Shown: positions 23,701 through 35,700 of the stretch, in pieces | How positions within the stretch are numbered: the first letter of the stretch is position 1 | Layout of the letters: every line of letters starts with the position of its first letter | Assembly: GCF_030028105.1 (NCBI RefSeq) | Contig: NC_092377.1 | Span: 4,593,079-4,657,078, forward strand | DNA: 64,000 nt | DNA from: Mobula birostris | Taxonomy: Eukaryota | Direction: 5' to 3' | Program-made: the position numbers and the translations under genes | The notes under the pieces: generated by a model | The model's database searches: none | Told to the model about the DNA's origin: nothing | Seen by the model: the letters and a program-made list of their open reading frames with translations, nothing else

Positions 23701-26700
23701 GTGAAGGGTGTGAGAGAAGAGAAGTCAGTGTAGTTACTATAAGAGGGGAGAAGACGCTCAAAAAGATGAAAGTCATAAGTCATCTGAACCAGATGAACCA
23801 GGGTTCTGAACCTGGGCCAGGGTACTGAAAGCAGTAGCACTGAAGATTATGGAGGCATTAATAATGATCTTTCAAAAATCATTGAACTCTGGCATGGTTT
23901 CAGAGGACTGGAAAATTGCAAATCTCACTCCAGTCATTCAGAAAGGAGGAAAGCAGCAGAAACGAAATTATAGACCAGTTAGCCTGACCTCAGTGGTTGG
24001 GAAGATATTGGAATCAATTCTTAAGGATGAGCTTATGGACTACTTGGTGACACAGGACAAGATAGGACTCAGTCAGCATGGTTTCTTCAGGGAAAATTTT
24101 GCCCAACAAGCCTGTTGGAATTCTTGAAGGAGATTACAAGTAGGATAGATAAAGGGAATACAGTGGCTGTTGTATATTTGGTCTTTCAGAAGGCTTTTGA
24201 CAAGGTGCCATACATGAGGCTGCTTACCAAGCTAAGAGCCCATTGTATTACAGGAAAGTTACTAACATGGTTAGAGAATTGACTGATTGGTAGGAGACAG
24301 CGAGTGGGAATAAAAGGGTCCTTTCCTGGTTGGCTGCCAGTAACTAGTGGTGTTCGGCAGGGGTTGGTGATAGGACTGCTACTTTTTATACTGTGTATCA
24401 ATGACTTAGATGATGGAATAAATGGCTTTGTTGTCATGTTTACAGATGATGCGAAGATTGGTGGAAGGGCAGGTAGTGCTGAGGAAAGAGGTAGACTGCA
24501 GGAGGACTTAGACAGATTAGGAGAATGGGCAAGAAAGTAGGAGGTAAATACAATGTTGGAAATACATGGTCATGCACTTCGATAGTAGAAATATATATGC
24601 AGACCATTTTTTAAATAGGGAGAAAATCCAAAAATCTGAACAGCAAAGGGACTTAGGAGTCCTTATGCAGAACACCCTAAAAGTCAGTGGTGAGGAAGGC
24701 AAATGCAGTGTTAGCATTCATTTCAAGAGGTCGAGAATACAAGGGCAAGGACATGATGCTGAGGCATTATAAGGCATTGGTGAGACCTCACCTTGAGTAT
24801 TGTTAACAGTTTTGGGTTCCTTGTCTAAGAAAAGATGTGCTGGTATTGGAGACAGTTCAGAGGAGGTGCATAAGGATGATTCCAGAAATAGTAGTCATAG
24901 TCATAGTCATAGTCATAGTCATACTTTATTGATCCCGGGGGAAATTGGTTTTCATTATAGTTGCACCATAAATAATAAATAGTAATAGAACCACAAATAG
25001 TTAAATAGTAATGTGTAAATTATGCCAGTACATTATGAAATAAGTCCAGGACCAGCCTATCGGCTCAGGGTGTCTGACTCTCCAAGGGAAGAGTTGTAAA
25101 GTTTGATGGCCACAGGCAGGAATGACTTCCTATGACGCTCTGTGCTGCATTTCGGTGGAATGAGTCTCTGGCTGAATGTACTCCTGTGCCCAACCAGTGC
25201 ATTATGTAGTGGATGGGAGACATTGACCAAGATGGTATGCAACTTAGACAGCATCCTTTTTTCAGACACCACCGTGAAAGAGTCCAGTTCCATCCCTACA
25301 ACATCACTGGCCTTACAAATGAGTTTGTTGATTCTGTTGGTGTCTGCTACCCTCAGCCTGCTGCCCCAGCACACAACAACAAACATGATAGCACTGGCCA
25401 CCACAGACTCGTAGAACATCCTCAGCATCGTCCGGCAGATGTTAAAGGACCTCAGTCTCCTCAGGAAATAGAGACGGCTCTGACCCTTCTTGTAGACAGC
25501 CTCAATGTTCTTAGATCAGTCCAGTTTATTGTCAATTCGTATCCCCAGGTATTTGTAATCCTCCACCATGTCCACACTGGCCCCCTGGATGGAAACAGGG
25601 GTCACCGGTACCTTAGCTCTCCTCAGGTCTACTACCAGCTCCTTAGTCTTTTTCACATTAAGCTGCAGATAATTCTACTCATACCATGTGACAAAGTTTC
25701 CTACCGTAGCCCTGTACTCAGCCTCATCTCCCTTGCTGATGCATCCAACTATGGCAGAGTCATCCGAAAACTTCTGAAGTTGACAGGACTCTGTGCAGTA
25801 GTTGAAGTCCGAGATGTAAATGGTGAAGAGAAAGGGAGACAAGACAGTCCCCTGTGGAGCCCCAGTGCTGCTGGTCACTCTGTCGGACACCCAGTGTTGC
25901 AAGCACACGTACTGTGGTCTGCCAGTCAGGTAATCAAGAATCCATGACACCAGGGAAGCATCCACCTGCATCACCTGCAATGAAAGGGTTATCATATGAG
26001 GAATGTTTGATAGCCCTCGGTCTGTAGTCACTTGAATTTAGAAAGATAAAGGGGCAGCTCACTGAGACATTTTGAATGTTGAAAGGCCTAGACATGGTAA
26101 ACTTGGATAAGATATTTCCCATGGTTGGAGATTTTAGGACAAGAGGGCACAAACTCAGGATTGAAGAGCATCCATTTAAAGCAGAGATGCGGAGAAATTT
26201 CTTTAGCCAGAAGGTGGAATACTTGTCGAATTCATTACCACAAGCAGCTGTGAATGCCAGGTCGTTGGGTGTATTTAGGGCAGAGCTTGATAAATTCTTG
26301 ATTGGACACGGCATCAAAGGTTATGAGGAGAAGGTAGAGAATGGGGCTGAGGAGGGGAAAAAGTATCAACCATGATTAGAACAGACTCAATGGGCCAAAT
26401 GGCTTAATTCTGCTCCCATGTCTTATGGTCTTATGGAATTGGCTCTATAGCTGTTAGTTAGCAGTGAATTCCACAGTGTTATCACTCCCTTGATATAAAG
26501 AAGTTTCTATTCATCTCTGTTCTAAAGGAACATCCTTCTTTTCTGAGGCTGTGCACCCTGGTCCTTGACTCCCCGATTATAGAAAACATTATTGCAACGT
26601 CCACCATTCCTAGGCCTTTTAGTATTCGTAGTTTACAATGAGATTCTCCTTCATTTTTCTATAATACTGTGAATTCAGGCCCAGAACCATCAAATGCTCC

Positions 26701-29700
26701 ACATACGTTAATCTTTTCTCCTGGGATTATTCTCTTGAACCACCTCTCCAATTCCAGCACATCTTTTCAAAGATAAGGGTTGAAAACTGCTCACTATATC
26801 CCAAGAGTAGTTTTATCCATGTCCGGTACAGCCTCAGCATTGCACCCCTTCACCAAGTAAGGTGTGCAGTTCTAGTCACCGATCAAAAGTTTGAAAGAGT
26901 TAGAGAAAATTTACATAGTTCGTGCCAGGACTTCAGGACCTGAGTTATCGGGAAACGTTGAATAGGCTAGGAGCATAGAAGATTGAGGGGAGATTTGATA
27001 GAGGTACACAAAATTATGAGGAGCATTGATAGGGTAAGTGTAAGCAGGTGTTTTTCCACTGAGGTTAGGTGAGACGAGAACTTGAGGTCATGGTCAAGGT
27101 GAAAGGTGAAATATTTAAAGGGAAACTGAAAAGAAACTCCTTCTCTCAGGGGATGCTGTGAGTGTGGAATGAGCTGCCCATGAACTGGTGGATATGGGTT
27201 CAATTGCAACATTTAGAGAAGTTTGGATAGGTACATCAACATGACAGGTGTGGAGGGCTGTGGTCTGAGTGCAGATAGATGGGACTTGGCAGAAAAACAG
27301 GTTGGCACAAACTAGAGGGGCTGAAGGGCCAGTCATGTTACAGATATTTAAAATTTTAGCTAGATCATATGATGTAGTTCATAGAGTTCCTGTTGTAGTA
27401 AGGATGTGGAGACTGTGGAAAGACTGCAGACGAGGTTCACTGGGATGCTGCCTGGATTAGAGGGAATGAAATTCAAGAAATTCAATGAAATTGAAGGGAA
27501 AGCTTGGGCAATCTCGGATTGTTCTCCGTTGTAGCAGAAATGTCAAGCAGCAGACATGGTTTTAAGGTTTGAGCAGGGCGATGTGAGTTTACTGCTTGTT
27601 TCTCACCAACTATCAGTGACAAAATCACTCCTTTTTGAACACAAGCAGACGCCACTGAGGCTATTTAAAAACTATTCGCTCGAAGCATGGTGTTGTCTGT
27701 AACGGCCTTGCAAAGGTACATGACCAACGCTATTTACAAACTGTTCAGCAACAACATCCTGTCCCAATTAAGTGAGATAGTGTCTCAAATAAACAAAGTG
27801 AATTCTGGCTATTTTCTCAATTAGATTTTGTTATTTAAGAGATGTCCCAAATAAGCGGCTCCCAACAGCCCAATGAACCGGAATCTGCTGTATCTGCCTG
27901 GAACAGGTTACTGGGTAGTAGTGAAGCAGGAAGTGTGTTTGACTTTAAGAGGATTTTAGATGGACACGTGAATACAAAGGGTATGGAGGGATATGAATGA
28001 TGCATAGGAGGAGGATATTTAACGTAAGTGACCATCAAGGTTGGCACAACATCAAGGCCAGATGTCCTGTCCAGTTCTGTACTGTTCCACGTTCAATTCG
28101 AAGTGGGTGGTGATTACTTGAAGCACATATTTATCACCCAACCTTGGTCTCACCTGAACTCTGTAAACTCAGGAACAGCTGCAACATGATATTAATATCA
28201 GAAGCAATAAAGTGTTTGTACTTTCACAAGGGGTCATGTAACAAAAGATGACTGCTTCAAGCTGAGGTTGAAGTGATGATATTCTCCCTTACAGGTGCAG
28301 TCATTCCTGTCCTTATCCAGTCCCCGAGCATACAGCGTGTCACTGAGGGTCACATGGCGTGGTTATGCTGTACCATGAGAAACGCCAGGCTGGAAGACAC
28401 CGACGTCCACTGGTATCGGAAACTACTTGGGCAGGACATGGAGTGGGTTTTAACACACAGGGCAGGAGGCAGAGCAAAGTGGGGACGGGGTTTCTCTGAG
28501 AGGTTCCAGTCCGACAGAGACACGTCCAACAGCAGCTTCACCCTGACAGTCACAGACGTGGTGCACAGTGATTCTGCCGACTATTACTGCAGAGTGTGGG
28601 GAGATATTGACGGGAATGGCACCCAGCTCATCGTAACCAGTGAGTACAAGTTCTATTTATTCAGCAGTGCGTTCCTGCATTGGGAGTTATTCCATCACCA
28701 CTCACTTCCCGTGGCTGGGCACATTGTACTGAAGAACACACAGTGTAATACTGGAGCCCCGTCACTGGGGCACGATCCAGAGTACTGTGGCCCCTAACTC
28801 ATGGGTGGGGAGCACCAACATGGTGACTGACCGTCTGCTCTGTGTGTCCAGTTGGATATTTGAAAATAAATTTCAATGTGAAGTGTGTTATCACAGGAGA
28901 GAAAAGGAGAAACTGTTCCGTGTTCAGAGTCATAGATCAGGCTCTCTTAAATCTAAACTATCTCTCCCAAATGTTCTGAAACTGTGGAGATGCAGAATCA
29001 GTTAACACTTTTGAATGCCAGCTCAAAAAATTATTTAGTTAACAATTAACATCTTTTCAAAGTTCAAAGGAAATTTATTGTCAAAGTCCATTTTTAACAT
29101 CATATTCAACTGTGAGATTCATTTTCTTGCGGGCATACTCCATAAATCCACAACAGAATAATCACCATTGTGGAATCAATGAAAGACTGCACCAACTTGG
29201 TCTTGGATGCAAGATGGTGTCGGCGAATCACGGTGACATTTTCTGGGCTACGTGCATCTTGTTGCCTTTAATTTTCATGGTTAGTTTTATTTTTTCATTT
29301 TATTTTCATGTTTGCCCTTTCACTCTTTTTAAAGTTTCTTTGAACTGCACTGTCTGTATGAAGAGTGCTCAATGAATAAGTTATTATTATTATTATTATT
29401 ACAGCTCAGCACTGTACAAAGGTGCCTGACTAAAAGCCTTGGCTGGTGATAGATTTAGATGAACCAACTCAATTTAAGAGAAGGTTGGATAGATTTTTGC
29501 ATAGTAAGGCAATTAAGGGTTATGGGGAAAAGGCAGGTAGGTGTGTCAGGTATACGCAACCTTGTAAAAGTATCAGCAGCAATAGAACACACCTGGAATC
29601 TGGTTTTGTTGTTAACAAAACACTATTTTATTAGTAACTACGTCATTTAGTAACTTAAACCAGATAAATCAAGAATTAACGGTGTTATGCATATATAATT

Positions 29701-32700
29701 GTAAACATATACATCCCCAAACTTCTTCAGAGTAAGGGTGGTAAGTGATATAACCTTATGATGGTGTGGTAAGGAAATTCAGGTCAGTCCAAGGGTTTGA
29801 AGAGAGAGAGAGAGAGAGAGAGATTTGTAATCCCAATAAACAGGTGTCATGATCTTCCTTGATGTTCTCCTAAACTTCCAAGTTAGCCAAACTTGACCAA
29901 CTTAAAAGCGCCATCTTCAAGTGATAATCTACCAATCCAGGCAAGGGTTAGAGACACCAGTAGATTCCACAGGGTCTCCCTTACATGCACTGATAGTCAC
30001 AGATCGATTCCTCTTAATTGATCCTCAGCCCCATCCTTGTGGGCACTTAAAAGTTCAGTGGTGTCTGTGTGTCCTGCAAAAGAGACAGCCATGCTTGTAA
30101 AAATACCGGTGTGCTGAACACCAGCTGTCCATCATGTAGCTCCTCCTCTCTCCCTCTCTCTCTCTCTCTCTCTCCAGCAAGCTGCTTGCACTGTACGTCT
30201 CTCTCTCTCTCTTACTGGCATGATTCCTAAAGGCACAGTCCATAATGAATAAAACTTAAAATTACGTCACACCTCCCTCCTTTCGAGAAAAAAATTTGAT
30301 CAAAAAGCAAAGTTTTTTCCATCTATAGATTACAAAGCAATAAAGCAATACATATGTAATTACCAGGTAACACGTTACAGAAGTGAACACAGACCTTATC
30401 TTAACACCTGGACAAACAATCTGCTATAATGTTGTCAGTACCTTTAACATGTTTTATTTCCATGTCATATTCCTGCAAGATCAGACTCCAGTTCAATAAC
30501 CTTCTATTCTTATCCTTCATCTTACTCAGAAATACTAATGGATTATGATCAGTGTAAATCACAAGTAGTTTCTGCACGGGACTAATGCAGACATCAAAAT
30601 TTTGTAAGGCCATAATAAGTGATAACAACTCTTTTTCAATAGTGGAATAATTCTTCTCCTACTCATTAAATTTCTTTGAATAGTAAGCTGCAGGATGTTC
30701 AATATCATTGTCACCCTTTTGTAACAATACTGCCCCAGCAGCTTCATCACTGGCACCTACAGCTATAGAAAATAGTTTTGAAAAATCAGGTGCTTTGAGC
30801 ACAGGTTGATAACATAGAATAGTTTTTAGTTATTCAAATGCCTCTTGACAGGACTCATTCCAAACAAACCTTCCACCTTTTTTTAGTAGTGTCATTAGGG
30901 GGAGAGTGATATCTGCAAAGATTTTACAGAACTTACAGTAATACCCAACCACACCTAGAAACCTTCTTATAGCTTTCTTGCTCGTCAGAACAGGAGCCGG
31001 AACCTTGGCTTGAACAGGAGCCAATTGGCCTTGGCCTACTATGTAGCCAAGATAATTTTCAGTGGCATGGCCAAAGTCACTTTTAGCGAGGTTAGCAGTA
31101 AGGTTGGACTTGGAAAGCCTGTCAAACAGCTGCTCTACTGCCGAGATATGCTCTTCCCACGTGTCACTCTGTACAACCAAATCATCAATATAAGCCTCTG
31201 TATTTTCTAATTCTCCAATCACAGAACTAATTATTCTTTGGAATGTCCCTGGAGCATTTTTCATTCCAAAGGGTAAAACATTGTACTCATACAATCCAGA
31301 GGGTGTTATAAACGCAGAAATTTAACCATATAAGCATATAACAATTACATCACGGAATCAGGTCATCTTGGCCCATCTAGTCCATGCCGAACTCTTACTC
31401 TCACCTAGTCCCACCGACCTGCACTGGGCCCATAACCCTCCATTCCTTTCCTGTCCATATATCTATCCAATTTAACTTTAAACGACAACATCGAACCTGC
31501 CTCAACCACTTCTGCTGGAAGCTCGTTCCACACAGCCACCACTCTCTGAGTAAAGAAGTTCCCCCTCATGTTACCCCTACAACTTGGCAACTGTGACAGG
31601 TCCTGCAAAAAGTCACAACATCTTTCCTTAAATTAGGCCAGTAAAATTCCCTCATATTCCTTTTCATGGTCTTATTCACCCCAAAATATCCACCTAAAGG
31701 CATATCATGAGCCATGTTTAAAATTTCAGTCCTGTAAACCTTTGGGGCCACAACTTGGTGCACAATGGCCCAATCCTCACTTACAGGCACAGTAGGTGGT
31801 CTCCACTTTCATTAACACCCCGTCCTTTAGGAAATAGCCTACTGACTCCCTCTGAACTTCATCATCGGAGAAAACTGTTTCTTTTAAAGCCACAATCTAG
31901 GGATCTCGGTTTTGTTCCACCATAAATTCTTTCCTGGATAAAGATAAACCTTTCTCATCAGCCTGGCTACTCAAATGGTCAGCAGAAAAGTTTCTGACAA
32001 ATCATCCTGATCTGAACCCCTATTTTGGCTATTATGAGCACCAAAATCCCCTTGCCCAGAACTACCTGCGTCAGCAGACCTTTTAGTCTTGCTGTGGGCT
32101 ACTGCGCATTCAGGGTAAGTATCCGTATCCATGTGCGGATTGTTTGTAGCAGGCTTGCTTGTTAGCTGTACTGCTGGATAAACATCACCACGTGCAAGGT
32201 CATTACCCAACAGCACATCCACATTCTTCATCGGTAATTCAGATTATACCCCTATCTTAACAGGTCCTGATAACAATCTACAATTCAAAAACACCTTATT
32301 CAAAGGCACGGGCAAAGTCCCCTTTCCAATTCCTTTAACAATATTTACTTTGTCAGTTTTTGTCTTATCACCAAATTTCAAATCACTGTCCAATATCAGC
32401 CCCAATATCTCGCCAGATCCTGACAGGGACCGGGGTTGACCCCCTCCTTTATGGACACAAACCCATCTGAGACAAACCGATCGACTCCCTCCTGAGCTCA
32501 GTCAGGCCTTCCCTTCCCTGGCAGTGTCGCAACCATCTGAACACAAGCATTTGTGGTTGCCTCCTTTTCTTTTTCTTTCCCCTTCCTCAGAGCAAAACAA
32601 TTAGATGCCACATGACCGGGCTTCTTACAAAAGTAACAAGTAATACTGGAAAATTTTCCCTTCGACTGCTTCCCTTCATCCCTACTTTTGTCACTAGTCC

Positions 32701-35700
32701 CCGGCTTACTTTCTGATTTAGCCTGCGGGTTATCCTTGCTACTCCTTTGGTCGCCCTTATTTGGGAAAAACTTAACCTTATGACTTAAGGCAAACTCATC
32801 TGCTAACTCATCTGACAGGGTCGCAGCCTCTTTTTCATCTAGATACGTCCTTACTTCAACAGAGACGTGGTTTTTAAATTCTTCAATCAAATCCAACTCT
32901 CTCAAGTTGTCAATATCCTCATTCGCCCCTTTTGAGGTACACCAGTTTCTCATAGGCAAACTCCACATATGTTTGATTCCCAGACTTCCTCAAACCTTTA
33001 AACTTTGGTCTGTATGCCTCCGGAACAAACTCATAAACCTTAAGCACAGCGTCTTTCACTGTGTAATAATCAGTTGCCCCTGCCAGTCAGAGTAGAATAC
33101 GTTTGCTGTGCTTTCCCTTTAATTACACTTTGTAACAAAACAGCCCACCGGTCCACCGGCCACTGCTGATTCTGGGCTACTTTTTCAAAATGCAGTAAGT
33201 ACTTATCAACTTCTGCTTCATCAAATGGAGGTACTAGCTTAATTTCTCGGCTGACACTAAACCTATCATCAAGGTCTGGCACTTGACCTCTTTGCTGCAT
33301 TCTCTCCCTCTCGAACTGTCTCTGTATTTCTGCCTCTTCTCTCTGTTTTTCTGCCTCTTCAGCCTCGAGCTATTTTAGTTGCAACTGATGTTGTCTTCGC
33401 TCTTTCTCATCCTCCCTCTTTAATTTTTCTAACTGAAGCTGAAGCTCAGCCTCAGTAGTTTTACTTTCAGCAAACATTTCCAACACATCCTCTTCAAACT
33501 TTCCCTTGGATATATAATACTGCACTATTAACATTTGTATCTGAGCCTTCCTCATTCTAATGTTCATCTTAAGTTTTAACTTGTGAGCAATTTCCACCAG
33601 CATAACCCTCTTAGCATCATCTAATGCCTCAGATGTTGGTTCTGCCAGAAACCTACCAACCTCAACCTCCATTGCTGCTGATTTCTCACTCAAGAAAATC
33701 AAAAGGGATTTTCCCCAAACAGATCGACCATTAGGCAATCAATTAAGCACCCAATAATTTTAAAATGGCTCCAAACAATTTGTTCATATCTCGGACGAGC
33801 CTCCAATTTAGGTCACGCACATGCAAACTTGTAAAAGTAGCAGCAGCAATAGAACAAACCTGAAGTCTGGTTTTGTTGTTAACAAAACACTATTTTATTA
33901 TTAACTAGGTCATATAGTAACTTAAACCAGATAAATCAAGAGTTAATGGTGTTATGCATATATAATTGTAAATATATAAATCCACAAACTTCTTCAGAGT
34001 AAGGGTGGTAAGTAATATAGCCTTATGATGGTGTGGTAAGGAAATTCAGGTCAGTCCAAGGGTTTGAAGAGAGAGAGAGAGAGAGATTTGTAATCCCAGT
34101 AAACAGGTGTTATCGATCTTCCTTGATGTCCTCCCAAACTTCTAAGTTAGCCAAACTTGACCAACTTAAGAGCGCTGTCTTCAAGTGATAATCTACCAAC
34201 CCAGGCAAAGGTTAAACACACTAGTAGATTCCACAGGGTTGCCCTTACATGCACTAATTCCTCATAATCGATCCTCAGCCCCACCCTTGTGGGCACTTAA
34301 AAGTTCAGTGGCATCTGCATGTCCCGCAAAAGAGCAGCTACACTTGTTTAAATACTGCTGTGCTGAACACCAGCTGTCCATCATGTAGCTCCTCCCCTCT
34401 TTCTCTTTCTCCACAGCAAGCTGCTTGCGCTGTACATCTCTCTCTCTCTCTCTCTCTCTCTTACAGGCATGATTCTTAAAGGCACAGTCGATAATGAATA
34501 AAACTTTAAAATTCCGTCACAGGTGGAGATGAGTCCATGGCCAGATCAGCCATGATCTTATTGAATGGCGGAGTGGGCTTGGTGGGCCAGATTGCCGACT
34601 CCTACTCCTTTTTCTTCTGTTTTTGTGCTAACTCTCCCTCCTCATTCAAGCATTGATAATTCTACCACTCACTGAACAGAAATGTGGAGGTTGTTTAGGA
34701 ACCACTTCCATGGGGTTCTGGACAACTTTGCCCCATTGAGTCAGGGAAAGGATGGTAGGGTGAAGGAACCATGGTTGACAAGAAAAGTGGAACATCTGGT
34801 CAAGAGGAAAAAGGAACTGTACTTAAAGCTTAGGCAGTAAAAAATCAGACGGGGCTCTTGAGAGTTATAAGGTCACCAGGAACGGTTTTCAGTTGGGACT
34901 TGGGAGAGCTGGAAGGAGCGTTGTCCAGTAGGAATAAGGAAACCCCCAAGACATTCTACACATACCTGAGGAACAAGAGAATGACTAGACTGAGGGTAGA
35001 ACCGATCAGGGATAAAGGGAGAAATATTATCAACCGAACATGGTCTTCAGAATTCTCTCCAAACTATAACAGACCCCATGACTGTAGGGCAGCCAAACCA
35101 TCAGAACCAGCAAGATATCAGTAAAGAGGCTGTAAATTATTCTTGTGGCTAACATTTCTTTAAATTTTAGAAATTGTTAAATACTGGGGAAATATACTAC
35201 CTTTTATTGAACTCCATGAATATACATTAATGTCTACATATCCAACACACAGATCCCGCGGATGATCCCGTCCTTGTGCAGGATCCACCAATCAGCAAGG
35301 TGCCGGAGGGTGTAACTGTCCAGCTCCACTGTGCCTTGTATAATGCCAGTGTGACTGTCACTGATGTCCACTGGTACCACCAGCGGCCTGGGAACAAGAG
35401 CGAGTGGGCGTTGAGTCACTTTGTGAATGACTCTGTGAGCAGGTCTGGGTATATCTCTGACCGTTTTCAGTCTTACAGGAATGTCGTGAATAACAGTTAC
35501 ATTCTGGCCATCAGCAACACATCTATTAGTGACACTGCAGTGTACAACTGCAGCGTGTGGAGTTACATCTACGGAGGAGGAACACAGCTCAATGTAACTG
35601 GTAAGTCAATGTCAATTCACACTGACAATAACAGCATCTCAGTATTCAACCTTCATACGATGACTGTCAGACACAGGGGCTTCTGTAATGCCCCAGTAGA

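Noticed and set aside
25213-25947. 244-aa plus-strand ORF
   Set aside because: Antisense shadow of the Rex1/Babar RT.
5365-35600. Interpretation as a rearranging Ig or TCR V-gene cluster
   Set aside because: J motifs are fused in-exon, there are no RSS, D or C segments and no per-V leaders, and the downstream exons encode an ITIM/ITSM tail.
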